Source: Takakia lepidozioides | Lineage: Eukaryota > Plantae > Bryophyta | Assembly (NCBI GenBank): GCA_030704615.1 | Contig: CM060733.1 | Location: forward strand, 47,120,001-47,184,000 | DNA length: 64,000 nucleotides | Direction: 5' to 3' | Shown: in pieces, positions 34,801 through 49,100 of the stretch | Position numbering within the stretch: position 1 is the stretch's first letter | How the letters are laid out: every line of letters starts with the position of its first letter | The notes under the pieces: generated by a model | Told to the model about the DNA's origin: nothing | Database searches by the model: none | What the model saw: only the letters and a program-made list of their open reading frames with translations | Program-made: the position numbers and the translations under genes

Positions 34801-37800
34801 ATCTAAGATTTTTCAAATGGAAAATGTTACGTGTTATGTGTTACACGTATGTTGTGCACCTAAGCATCGTGCCACAACATACATCGATGTACAACTGCTC
34901 CTAACACACAATCCTACCACTAGTCAGTGTGTTTTTTTTTGGCGAAAAATCGCCAAATGACGACCTCAAAACATTAAAACGGTTCCTCCATGAAGTCTCA
35001 TAAGAGCTCAATCCGTAGCATAATCATTGGCAATGCAACTTTCAAAACCAATTTGTGAGGTGGTAATCCGGCAGCTGTCAATGAATGTAAAAACTCTAGT
35101 GGATGAGCTATGTCAAACGCTAAACGTTTCATACGGACATTACATATAGGGGAATTCCCTGGAGGGCATTCTTGGATTTGAGGGCCTCAATCCTAGCTAG
35201 GGCGGCAATCCTAGCTAGGCACGGAAATTCAGAAAGGCCCGACAAGAGGGACCTCCCCCTGCATAAGGATTCTTAATTTTTTTTGTTATCTTTCTACTCT
35301 CTACCTTATATCACTCTAAAAGATGTAGGTTGTCCACAATTACTTCACAATTAATGATAATAGAAGTAGGAATGACAGAAGAGGAATGCAACGGAAAACC
35401 TTCAAGCATGAAACCACAACATGTTAATGAGTGAATTACCTTTAAACCCTTCCAAGTGTAAATCCACTCTATCGCTCACTATAGGTCAAGCCAATGGCAT
35501 GTTTGCTAAATGAATCCACCATACAGACCTCACACACACTACCACTCACGAACTAGAGCTATGGTGGTGAGAGAGGCCTTGGGAGGCTCGACTAAAAGAA
35601 CTAGATAAACTTTCCCAAGTGAGATTTGTCACCTCATTTGGCACATGGAACCAAATGAAGTCTCAAATGCCAACAAAATTTAAATGTATTATGTCTTAAT
35701 TAGTTAGAAATAAACTATTTATAGCTAACCATGACTAAAACCATGACATCGGTCGTGCACTTAAGCATTGTGCCACAACATACATCGCTGTCCAACCACA
35801 CTTCCTAGCATACAATCCTAGAAGGTTATGCCACAATCGCCATTAGGTCCCTGATCTAACACCGGATAGGTGACAAATATCCATCCCAATCGCATCATTG
35901 CTTGGTCTTTAGCCGCAGAGGTCCCAGTTTCTGTCGAGTGGCTAGGTGCAAAACTAGCCCCATGGTTAATTGCCTTCTTACACTCCATGACTTTCAGTCA
36001 AGTACTAAAGAGACAGAGGACTCTGGCCGAAACCGGCGTAACTAAGAGTCATTTGGACTTGCGGCTAATGCCCCCTTTCGGGGATGGGCCCTATTAGTCG
36101 AGTACTATCTATGGCGTTGGTCTCCCACTAGCTAGATCTTGGGTTCATTAATATTAGCCTCGAAATTGTCGTCATGCCCACTACCTCTATCAAAGGCATC
36201 GTGGACATAACCATTCCGTAATATGAACCTCCTCAAGTGGTAGTGTCAAACATCCCATGGGCCACCGCCTTGAGCATTTGTCACACCATTGATGCCCGAG
36301 TGTGTAGTGTCCGATTTTAACGTCGGTAACGTGCGAAATCCGTGTACATTGACCTCGTATGATATTTGTACGAGTCGCATGGAATTTGTAACTAAATTTA
36401 TGTGAATAAATGACAAATTACATGTCACAATAATTGCACATCACTTGGACATCACTTTGAGACTCTTCACATCACATAATCGTTCCAATTGAGGACACGT
36501 GAAATTTGTGTGATCTTCTTTATGACATAAATAGTGCATTGATAGTGTCAAGACTCTTTTCACCTTGAAGTCTATGTAGTATCAAAACAATTCCTTAATA
36601 AAATCCTACAACAGACATTCAACATGGTGGTAGTAGGCTTGAAAAGAGTCACAAACTCCGTGGACCCTAGAGGTCGCATTTGGGCCTCGACATAGGAGAC
36701 GCACTTGGATACATAGGGGATTGCACTTGGCCTTAGATAACACTTGGGCCAACGGCACATGCTACCCTAGTGCATAGTAAAAGTTAAGAGGCAAGGCATT
36801 TTGTAAGGGAGTACCACCTAGTAATGATGGGTGGGGTGGTATACTGATCTGTGTGTGAGCGATGTCAGGCTAGTCCATGACATCACACAAAGACTCCAAT
36901 CTACATTAGTGTGAGAAAGTCTGTACCTACCCACAGAAACAACATAGAAAACAAGCACTTACAATAGTACCTCTAATCTGTTGCCAGATATTTAGCTAGG
37001 TCAGGTCAGATTCTATATGATACCCAGTAGGGTACTGCAGCCTCATGCAATTCTCTGTGAATATCTTTTACACATCACAAAATTGAACAACATTGGTCAA
37101 AATCATTTCCTATTCACTATTTCATAGGTCAAAATCATTGACCTCGTATGATATTTGTACGAATGTCGCGTGGAATTTGTAACTAAATCTACGTGATTAA
37201 ACTCGCTGGTAGCTTACCGCTTGCAAAGGGATCAACATCGCAACGGTGTGCTTCATCTGCACGGACAACCATTACCACATCTTGCTTGATTGCATCCTTT
37301 TGTAACCGCCGTTAGTAATGGATGGCAATAGTGGGTGCCAGACCATTGCCCCCTTCCCTCTCAATCCCCCTCAGAAGTTGTGTGTATGAAGAAACGGCTT
37401 CATCCTCCAAGTATCCTGTGATTCGGTTAGCAAGATGGGACCATATGGTATACAGCAGGAAGTGGGCATTTCAAGAGGAAAAAACACGTTGCAGCACTAG
37501 TCAGAAAACATTAAAGCACGACACTTGCATTTAGATGGCTTGCACATTGTTTTGTGGCAATGCATCAGCCACTACAAGTGTTCCAGACATGATGTAAAAT
37601 GGTTCAGAAACAGCAAATGACCACCCCATGTCTACAAACAAACAAACAAACAGCAAGCCATACCCTTGTACTGTTGAATTCCACACAAAAACTAACAAAC
37701 CAGGCTGGTGTTGCATCCCCTTTGCAAACTTTCTTCACTTTAATCAAGGAGTTCTCACAGAAAGAGACACTTTATTGTCCACTTAGATCTAAGTTAAGTA

Positions 37801-38199
37801 CCCAATACTAGGGGCAAATCAATGGATTGCACATTCTCCTGTCAAAATGGCTTCTGTAGGTGGAGGGGATTAATAACACTCCCAGATTACGGTAACATGA
37901 ACTGACTTAATTCCACCTCTTCCACTATGAAGACGTCGAACTAGGCTCTCCCTCTAATGCAATGCAAAACCTCGGATATCCTTACTGCCTACAAGCCAAA
38001 AATAGCTATCGCGGCATATTGCTCTGGCAACTGGAAGGTGTAGTCGGCCCCGTCCTTCCATACCCGGCAATTGAATGAAGAGTTTGGCACAGAAGAAATA
38101 ATCAGATTCTATGTAGTTCAAACAAAACCAGCTCCATGAGCGCCATCATCTGGCCCCTTGTTAAAACTACATAGAAGCTGATATTTTACAAGTATTGGT

Positions 38200-41100
38200 T
38201 TACAAGGTAAGATCCTTTGGGTCTTCAATAATGGCAGCCAATGTCTTCAGAAACTCCGCAAGATCACCACCATAGATAATTCTGTGATCTGCCGTCACAT
38301 TCACCTGCCAGTTCGAAGACTCTCGTGTTACTTCTTTCAATATATGAGCCGAGCTAGCCTCTAATAAGAAAATCACGTCTTCAAAAGACAGAGTAGTCTA
38401 TATTACTTCATTCAGGAGCAAAACTGGTAAAATGTGCTTTCTAACCAGAAAATGGATGTTGAAGATATGGGGACAAATATTATTGACAAGCATGTTATAA
38501 GCTGGCAATGTCAACCTTCCAGAGAGTTACTTTGCAAGGAGATTGTACTGGAGCGGTACAGATGCAACCCTATTCCCTTCATATCTCACTCACACCAATT
38601 TCCATGAGGTGGGTTGGAAGGATGAATCACCTGCATCTGGTTCTTCACACCAAACAAGCCATTTTCTGTGGCCACAACGGTTAGCGATGACGCCCCCACA
38701 GCCATGATTGCTCCCTGTTCACAGCCCATCCACGAGGAATATCACATGTTGCATTGATAGTAGGGCAGCTCATCATTTCCATGACAGCGGCTCACTTGTA
38801 TAGACAGAGTGCCAATGTCAAACCTCCCTGATCACAAATGAAGTACCTACCGTGCCAGGGGGCAAAATTGCATCGAAACGGTCTACCCCAAACATTCCAA
38901 GGTTGGACAAAGTGAAAGTGCCTGCAACCATCCATGGCAGCATATCAGAAGACATGATTGTAACTAATATGTACCATCTCTCTACCTGAACATCGAGGAA
39001 GAAAATTGTGACTAATGCGTGACTAATGCCACTTCTGACGAAAATTCTGCCAGCTACCATAGGTATGCCTTGAGCAGCAGATTGTTTATAAAACTGGATA
39101 GGATGTAGCTAAAACCTGTGGTGTATTCCTGGGGTGAAAGCTGCTTAGCCCTGGCTTTGGCAACCAGCTCCTTCCACTTGCGAGACAGAGAGTAGATGTC
39201 CAACTACAGTCCCATGTGCACCCAACAGCCAACATCAACAGCCATGAGATTACTCCTGGGGTGCATCTGAGCTTGTTAATAATCATTTGTGCTCATTTGG
39301 CATCTTGATAATCTGTTTTCTTTATGTCTGGCTAACTGTGTCTTTTACATCGCGCTCTGTCCCCAACCTCTACCCAGTTTACTTTTGAGGGAAAAGACAG
39401 CATACATCAGCAGATGGGTTACAGTGAATGGAAGGACACAATCCAAATATGTAACGAGTACATTTAACTTCTGGTTTTGCCTACAACCACCCAGGCTGGA
39501 TTACCACAACTCACAAACATTGCTCCCATAAAGCACGGAAGGACAACACAAGATCTAGAGGCATAGAAGAACTCCTTTTATCATGAAACAAAGGTCACAG
39601 TCGAAATTGAGTAGCAGAAATACGCAAGCAGCATAAGTTACCTTGTCGGCATCTTGAAGGACAGGGGTGATAAGGCCGCCATCCATGGCAACCGCCACTG
39701 CAATGTTGATACTCTCATTGTATGTAAAGCTCTTGCCGTCCTTACAGCTTGAATTCACCACCGGGTGCTTCACTAGTGCCAGGGCAGTCGCTTTGGCCAA
39801 TAGTGCCGTCATAGTCACTCCCTTGGACTTGATCTGGACACAACCAACCTTGATCAGTGCTATATGACACTGACTGCTACAAGCTCCAGCAAATCTAGCA
39901 CTGCTATCAATTCTGTTTGCTAATTTTGCAGATAGGCTGGCTGCTTGCAGAGCAATATATTGAATTTAGGTGTAGCACGAGAAGAACTACTGTTGAGTAA
40001 CTGATGCTCAGCTGTAGAACAGTCTTCAAGCCATAGCTCATACACCTCTGTTGCACAGCCACTCATGTGACTCTATTTACTTCACAAGCGCATAAAAGCC
40101 TTCAAGACTCCTACAATAGATTTTCCATGAAGCCCAGAGCCATGCAAGCAAGTTCAGCATACCTTCTTGTAGAGAAGATCAAGCGCATCAGTTGTGATGG
40201 TGTAGCCCACACGGAATGCAGGGACAGTAAGGCTCTCCACCATGTTGCGACACACTGCCGCCTGCATCGCAGTGAATGGAACTGTAGTGCCTGCAACTGG
40301 TGCTGCTGGTGCCGGTGCTGGGCTGGCCTTGGGGGCAGCAGGGGAAACTGCTGCCACAGGGGGAGGAGGTGGGGGAATAGCAGGGGTCAAAGAGTTCTTG
40401 CCAGAAGCAGCCTCAACATCACTTGCAGTGATACGACCCAAAGGTCCAGATCCAGCCACTGTAGCAAGATCAACCTTGAACTGTTTTGCAAGCTTCTTGG
40501 CATATGGCGTAGCTACCACTCTCTTTCCCCCATCTGAGGCAGGATGAGAGGATACTACTATGGGGACTGAAACCACTGGGGCTGGGGTTGGGGAGGGGGG
40601 GAGGGGTTGTCACTGCTTCTTCAACAGGGGATGGAGCAGGGGGATCAGCAGCTGCGGTACTGGGACCAGATTGGGCTCCTTTGGCCTTTGCCTCAGCAAT
40701 CTCTTCCTCAGTTTCAGCAAGAAGCCCAATCGCAGTTCCAACTGGCGCGCTTTCTCCCTCTCCAACCACGATGTAGGCGAGGTACCCATCATAGAATGTC
40801 TCTACGTCCATGTCGGCTTTATCAGACTCCACAACTACCACGCTCTCACCTGCCAACATTCATAGCCCAGAGAATATATTATCAGGATTAGTTAGAGCAA
40901 TCCTAATGAGCGCCCTATTGGATAATCGGTGAAAGGAAATGTACTCCTAAATGGAAGTGCATAGGATGCTATGCAAAGCCTTTCCACCTCATCTTTGCTT
41001 CCTCTCCAACTATTCTCAAGACAATGCTGATACTTTTCAAATATATAAGCAGGCAGTCACTGGTTGATGAAACCCTGCTGGGATCCCAGTCAATGGGAAA

Positions 41101-41905
41101 GGCCCCCACTCTATGACACTGGATTGGAAGTACCCAATTGACAGCAACATAGACAACAAAGGACAGAAGCCGGCCATGAAGCACCACTGGTGCACATTTA
41201 GGAATTTATGAGCTAAAATGAGCTCTGCTCGTCCCCATCCAACGACTTCTTGTCATGTCCAACACAAAAGCCACAGGCTGCCTCCATCGGGTAAACTAGT
41301 TGCCAATGAGGCACATGGGCTTAGCCCAGCCACGATAGAGAAACCAGAATAGGTTGGGATTCGCCTTGAGAGTATTTCAGCATTAAAGAGTTCAGTCTGT
41401 GACAGTTCCACTTGTGCTCATTCTAAAGTGTTAGCGATTCCTCCAAAGTCACCCAGCTTCAAGCCCCCTTAAGGACATCGAACTAAAACCCTGCAACTAA
41501 GCGGAAGCTTCAATCTCAAATTTATACAAGAAGAATGACCAGACTAAGCCAGCGTGGACAGTCATGAATTCCTACTCATTGCGAACAAGAGAAAGAGATA
41601 TGGTCACCACCTTTGTTGAGTTTATCTCCTTCGTTCTTAACCCATGACACGATCTTCCCTTCAGTCATAGTTGAGCTGAGAGCGGGCATAAAAATCTCTC
41701 GAATCTTCGCCTCGACTACAAGAGATTGCACACGCCAGGACGATCCGAGAACAAGCCGTCGCTGCTGGAGCGCTCCGGCATTTCCAAAGAATGCAACAGA
41801 GGGACGAAGGGAAGTCCCCACATACGCTGGAGCTGGGGCGACCTCACAAACGTTCATTGCCAGCACACAGCGAGAAGCTGGAGCAACCACGGCGAGACCC
41901 GCCAT
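38200..41905 (-). CDS. LTA2: Plastid pyruvate dehydrogenase E2, dihydrolipoamide S-acetyltransferase
   Basis: Exons 41905-41611, 40849-40163, 39833-39642, 39203-39116, 38921-38851, 38714-38631, 38304-38200. Transit peptide, then KIREIFMPALSSTMTEGKIVSW, lipoyl motif VESDKADMDVE, E3-binding VATPYAKKLA, and catalytic GTFTLSNLGMFGVDRFDAILPPG and TADHRIIYG. One apparent frameshift in a G-run at ~40585-40607. Confidence 0.93.
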
Positions 41906-43163
41906 AGCTTGTGCCCTCTGCCTCGCTCGTCCTTGCCAGGTGCTCAAATGCCACAGAGATCTGCGAGAACGTGAAAGAGTGCAGAGTGCAGGAGCTCTGT
42001 ATCACAGTTAGACCTCCATAGAGCAAGCGCTGTAATAGGCCTCCGCGTTTTGGTGCAGCATGGGAATGCCCGGCCGATGGACGGCAGCAAGGGGACGCGG
42101 GCGATGCCTTCTAGGATCACCCCTTGTTTTCTCGGGTTGCTTCCTCCCCCAGCGAGCCTCAGTGTTTTTTCTAAGAAATTTGGAAAACAGCACGAGTGGC
42201 TACAGAGTTTTGCACACAATAGCGATACATTCTGTTCATCCACTTTATTTCATCCATTTATGTACTTCAATCCATTCATATCATCCATATTTGGCGAATT
42301 CATCCATAATTTATTTTTTATTTGGAGAAATTTGGCGATTTCATCCATGAAAAAACAGGGAATTTGCGACAAAATATTCCATTTTATTTTTTTGAGGTCG
42401 AAAGTCGAAGTTGACCCTTCTGCTTCAGCCTCGAGTGATGAAGCTGCAAGTCTACTCAGAGCAGCTTGGGTATCATCACCACAGTACGCTTGGAATGCAG
42501 ATCAACAGGTTGCGTTTGATGAATCGCTTTGTCTCCCCATGGCCGTTGAAGCTAACACTGCGATACTTGGTGGTCGATGCGCTCTTCAGGCTGTGCTTGC
42601 AGAGAGAGGAAGAAGAGATTGGTGATAAAAAGCTCACACTGTTGGAGTACTGTAAAGTTCGGAGTGACCTCTTAGTGAATTCTTACCTGGCTCGTTGGGC
42701 CACTTATGCTACAGGTCACTATTTCTAGGCCATCTCGCAAATCAACTGGGAAAATACCTCCCGGAGCTCTCATCACTCAAATCTACAGTACTAACAATCT
42801 CCCTGAAGATATCAATGTGTGATACACTTGTCCTCATACTGCAACAAGTCAGATTGAAAACAATTCTTCAAACCCTATAAATGGTGCAGAATGATTGCGC
42901 AAAGGACATAAATTCCTGGCTTAGTAGCCAAAGATGCTTGAGATGAATTGATTGGCATTTATGGGCTGGAGTTGAGGGAATCCTGAAAATGAAGGAGGTT
43001 GACTCTCGCCCTAATGCTCTAGCCCTTTAGCTTGCTATAGATGTGACACATACAGCTGCAGATGTAGAGATAAATAGAGACCTGTGGTAATTGGCCTTCT
43101 GGTTTGGTGACCATCTCCACACCAAAATGGCATAGTATGAAGGGTAACTCTTTAGACTACAGA

Positions 43164-46100
43164 TTAGTAGTAGTTCCTGTGTCCTGTACCTTCACTAACT
43201 TCACAGATGACTGGGTGCGGTGACTTGTCTCTAACATGCGCCGCACATGGGAAACACCTGTTACATCCTTCACTTGATGGCAAGCTTTGAGCAAGGCCCT
43301 GCAACAATGGCACTTGCAGGTACTTGTAAGTGAAAGAAACTGGTATTTCAATGACCCAAACCGAAGCTATCATATCTTCTTAGAAGTTACCCCAGTTTGA
43401 GTCTGACAGCAAGGGTGAATTTTGGAGCTGCTACTTCAGCCCAAGTTAAGAGTTTTAGCACCTTTTTACTATAACTGTATGTAACATGCAAAATGGCCCA
43501 CTGGATTGTCAAGTTTCCCTTTGAAACCTTCAACATAGAAATAAAGGAGCATTTCCACCATCATCGAAACTGGGACCATGACGATTTACCTGAGCAGGCG
43601 AGAATCTAGTTCAAGCCTGTCATCAGCTGCCTCAGCCAAAAGCTGATGGGTCCGACCTTTGATGGAGCCAATCCCTGACAAGGCTCGAATGCGCAATACC
43701 CATGTCCCTGCATCTGGTGTCACCCCCTCTGATCGCAATCGCTCCCACAAACACTCAACTTGCTCCACCTTCACAAGTAGAGACAGGAGACAACAGCAGT
43801 GTGCAACACATGAGGCACTGCTGAAATGATGCATGTATGTTGTGGTAGTTATTCTGAGAAAGAGAAGACCACAGGACCCAAGGGGCTTAGAGGATGAAAT
43901 GAAAAAGCTTTATGACAGCCAAAAGGTGGAGAGCGTATTGGAAAAGATTTCATAAACAATGCCTCGTAAAAGTACCTGCCAAGCATTTCTGGTCTTCAAA
44001 CGCCTCTACCAGGGTTAAGTTGCAATATCCTCATGACTGGGTGCGATGATCTGTTGGTGGGTTACCTGCTGGTTTCTACCTGATACAAGTTCGTTGGCTT
44101 CTTGACGAGTGCATACATTACATAACACATGGTGAAGTCGGTCAAACCACGGCATAGCTTGTGTGGGTCCGGCACTCAGTTGAGGGAGGATAGAAAAATA
44201 TGTGGAAGGGGCTGCCATTTGTGAAGGCTTGCTTCAGTGGTGGGGATCTCTCCAATACTCACCCCAGAATCCAGACCAAGAAGTGCCATGGCTTTAGCCC
44301 TTGCCTCAAATCTCCCCACTTGAGAGTGCATGATGTGTCTTGATCAGAAGAAATGGTGACTGCAACTTCTATCGAAGCAGATACTGTCCTCAACATCAGG
44401 CTCGGCAAAGGGTTGATTGTGCTGGATACGTAAAGGCGGGGAGGGGAAGAGGGATCTACCTGCTCGAGTTGAATGCAGGCCTCCATAAGTGCCCCGTACA
44501 CAAAGCTCGTGAGCTGCATCCCAAACTGTGACATTGCAACAACAAAACTTAGAGGTAAGAAGTGTGATGTGCACATTTCTTGATTTGCTCCCAGGCACAA
44601 TTTCCCACTCATCCTGGTGGTTACTACAGTTTCTGTGAATGATTTGTAGAAAGGAAAAACAAATATTGGTGCGTCATTTCCTACTCTTCAGCATCCCAAC
44701 CAGATACGTTCATTAATGCAAGGTCCTCCTACGGGCAGAGACAAATGTTCCTGCCTCCACTGGTGCAAAATACAAGCTCCTGCCCAAATTGTTTTGTATT
44801 CCATTCAGGCTCTTTGGGGGATAGCCTATCCTCGGATATATAGAGATTCTACGACGAGAAATGCTTGGTACAATCATGGAGCACTTGCTTGAAAAAATTA
44901 AATGGTCGAAACAACCCAGGGAAACTTCAAAGAGAGGATTAACCAGGCAAGCAGAAGTTTCCACTAGTTGCATGGCTCTTTTAAGGCGCTGGACCCTTGG
45001 ATCTTGCAGCGTCAATTCAGAAGTTTCCTGCAGTGGTTGGCTGCCAAGTGTTGGCTTACGGAGGGTCAATAATCCTTTTTCCTGGAAGCCTTGCATTTGA
45101 GGTGAGACATCCACACAAAGCTGGTGTATGGCACTAGTCACGGCACTGCACCCATATGCCACAAGACAGTCACTGCATCATTCTTCAAAAGCTAGCAACA
45201 GTACTTGTGTTCATCTGAGCCCTAGACAACCCTTAATATAAGGTTTGAGATCTAGTCTGGCCCTCCAATATAAGACGATATGCTTGCCTGAATCTTTCAA
45301 CAGCTGGAGTTCTCTTGGAAAATGCAACTGGACAAACCGTGGAAGCATCTGTACAGGCAAAAATTGATCCCAGTTTTCAAAAGGGGGGAATGAGCGGAAA
45401 CAGTATCCTCACCCTGGCCTACGAATGCCAACTGCAAAGTAGCTGGAAATTCATAGTGTGCATTTCGGAACATACCCAGGTTTCACTAGAATACCAACGT
45501 CTGCCAAGTCCTGCATAATTGTTGTTTCGCTGAGAGGTGTTTGCTGACTGCCTGATTCACTGCTTTCAAGAGCATGTCTTTCTCCCCCTGTGTTTCCAAG
45601 ATCCTACATTTCACAAAAACAAGGCTAATACTGTATGCTCTGAGTGCCCTGTAAACATATTTGGACAGCCAAAACTGGGAGACATGGCATGTAGATCTGT
45701 CACTTGCAACATATTCTTCCAAGGATGACCAACTTATACTTAGTATGGAAATTGCCAAATTCGTACAAACTGGGGAGAAAGAATGACAGACAAAGTCCAG
45801 ACAGACGTGGATGATTATAGGGATCAGCAAATCAAGTCATACCGCAGCAAACCCGCCAACAAGGGCAGCATCCAGGGTGTCCAAAAGCATCCTCTCCAGT
45901 GGATCCCTGCTTCCTTCCGCAGCATTAGGCAAGAGGTTTGCTTTCTGCATCCTTTGGTACACATCAATGGCCCGCTCTCCATCTCCACACCTATACAAAC
46001 ATGGTCATTTTCCAAGTGAATTCCAAGGACCTGCAACTACAGGGGAGCTGACTCTGATCATTCCAATAGTGCATAGGAGCTTTGCACGAAGGACACAAGG

Positions 46101-49100
46101 TTCTAGTTGTTATGATAACGCACCTTACGTAGATTGAAATGGCTGTTTCATAGATGATCCTGCAACACGTGAGACGCACTCTGTTAACTAACGGAATCAC
46201 AGAACACAGTCCTTTGAAATTCTGACATTTAGAGCACAAGTGAGACAGTGTCTCACGGTATGCATCATATGCTCAAGAGCTCCATTCTCAAAATAAAGTA
46301 GGGAGCAAGAGTCATCACATAAAAAACTCTATCGTCCCCTACAGATAAAACCTTGCCAGTAGAACAGTTATATATCCAAAGTCAGTTTCTTGACAATTCA
46401 AAACAAAAATTTCAGAGCTAAGGGCAGAATCCTAAATACACCCTCCGATCATGAGTTAGCCCTGGGGAAGGATGCAACCCCAGGGCCACGAGGGGCATTG
46501 ACACCTGCTGCACTGGCCCCGAAATGGCCATTCTCGAAATACTTTGGTTCTTGTGGAGTTGTATTGCAAGTCCTCAAGACTAGTACAGTATTCAAGGGAA
46601 TAGCAGCCTGACTTGCCTATCTGGAGAAGTTGCATCAGCCTCCATGGTATCTAAAATCCGGCTCACTTCAGCTGCTGCCTGAATATAGTCAGAACCACAC
46701 ATGCTTGATTGCTTGACTTTAAAAACGTATCATTAAAACAGATCCCAGATGGAAAGCATCCCTCTGGCTTCTTCAGGTTTTCTACATTCCTTATGGGCTA
46801 TGAAGAGCAACCAAAGAGGGAGATCATCAAAACTTGGGACACCTTTCAATGCAGAACACAGCAGGATATATAAGGGAAAAAACTGCTTGGGTAATTTTTC
46901 AGAGCTTGGAAGTCTTGGTCCTCATTTTGTAAACCAGGACAATTTCTGACATCTATTTCAAGCCTTCCATCAATAGCATGTGAGAACATAACAGATCTAG
47001 GTTGGGGGACAGCCTAAGCAAAGTTGATTTCAACAGTGGGACCATTGTGCTCCAAAAGAAAGCCCTTTCTGCATGTAAGGCACACTCAATCAGCATGGAA
47101 AAATTCTTACGGACAGTGTAGAGGAGATCATACCAACAAGGGATTCTGGTTTGGCCGAGTAGCGGATGCTCCAATGACCGACTGCCATGTGTATAAACCA
47201 AGCGAAGTGATGCCTAATCGATGGAACTCCCGAGCCACATCTGTTAATCCACTTATGTTCAAATTTGCAATTTTCCATTCACCACTCTCTTCAATCTCGT
47301 GAAACTTCTTTCCCGAAACACTGGAAAAACTTCACTGACAAGCAAGCTTTACAGAACAGAACTGAGCAGAATCCCAAACAGGAACTAGGAAAGGCAGCTA
47401 CCAAGTGACACTTTGACTCCATGAGAGTGAGCCAGTTTTCTGACAATTGCTCCACCACTTTCCCCAGTTGGTGACAACCCTGCACCAAAATTAGGTCCAC
47501 TGTCAATCCAAGGCTTGGGCAATCACTTTTATACAACACACTCATAAGACATTGTTTGCCTTGGATCAAAACAAGAATTTGGAAGCCTGCAGGAGGAAGA
47601 ATGAGGGGAGAGCATAAGAAACAATGTAAACAAGAGAAAGCATGTAATGTCCACTGGAAGCTCAAAGATGTTCTGGCCAAAGGTAAAACACGACAGAAAG
47701 TGGGGCCCCAACAGCCAGCCACCACAACCATCAAAAAACAGAATTCAGCTTCAAGTGATTCTCCAAGGTAGAAAGCCCTGGGTATTTATCCGGCAAAGCA
47801 TGCTATCTTCAATGGACTGGGTGGTTCAACCACCATTGGAGCTCAGGAAGAAGCAAAGATCCGCCAACTGTTGTTCCCTTTGCAGGTAGGTTGAGCCTTT
47901 TGGCATGTACTAAGAGCTGACGCTGAAATGCATTGTAGAATAATGAAACATAATCACTATTGGAAGGACTGCAAACAGGAAGATGTCCAAGATGTCGGTT
48001 ATGAAGTTTCCATGTCAAAAATACAAAATCTGACAGAGGAATAACAGCATTTGTGAACTACCACAGTCCATCAACACAGAGTACCTGCTGCCGCCATATC
48101 AGCCAAGAACTGATGTAGTCTCCCTGCTGGTGCAGCTGCTGTACACCCACGTAGTAGTGCGGCATCTACACTCTGCAAAAGTCCATAAAAGAATTTCAGC
48201 CACCTGCTGTCTGTTTAAGAGAGACGTGTATGTAACAAGGCTTTCCTGGGCCAAGGGAAAGAGAACAAGCTTACTTTGGTGAGGACCTCGGGGACTGTCA
48301 TGGCAGGAGTGAAGCCCGCATCGTTCATTCTTTCAAGAATTTCCACTGCTGCACCTCCTTCTCCGCAATGCACATAGGCGTACACAGCACAGCGGTACAT
48401 CTTCAAAAACAGTGAAAAAAAAAAAGGTCAGCAACTTACTTCTCGTGGGTCCCCTTGCTCTCCACACACATTCCAATCCTAATTGTTGAAGCCGATTGAA
48501 TACTGTTCATAACTGCATTCTCTTTCAAGTCTTCCCACCGAATATTAGACAACTGGGGTATGATTTGTCCCCCCCAAGGCTGAAAACAAGCCTATTCAAT
48601 GGAGTGATCTCCACATTGGCCATGGCATGAAGCTGAGGAAAGAACTTACAACTTCATCAAGAGTACATTGGGCGGTTTCCATGTCTTGAAGCACCTTGTG
48701 CACCATGGCTGTGTCCCGAAGTAGACCTGCTGCTCTCTGCTTGGCTCAATGTACCATTCCATACAACCAATGATCAGGTTGGTTAGGGTCTTCATTTCAA
48801 GTGTGGCTGGAAAATTTGAGAAATTTTGTGGTCTTTAACATGGAACACACTCATCTTCAACAAATTACATCTGTTCAGAAGCTTTGGTTCAAAAGTTACT
48901 CTATTCTAAGCTTCAACCAAATTCTATCATCAGGCATCAAGTAAGGGTTTTAGATGCACTAGCTGCACTGCTGACTCTCTGCAATTATGCAGATAGGTTT
49001 GATTCAATCATGTTCAGTGTTCTCTACAAAAACATGTACGACAGCTTTGAAGCAATGTGTTAAAGATGTGAGCATAAGGTGAAGTCTTGACTCAAGCAAT

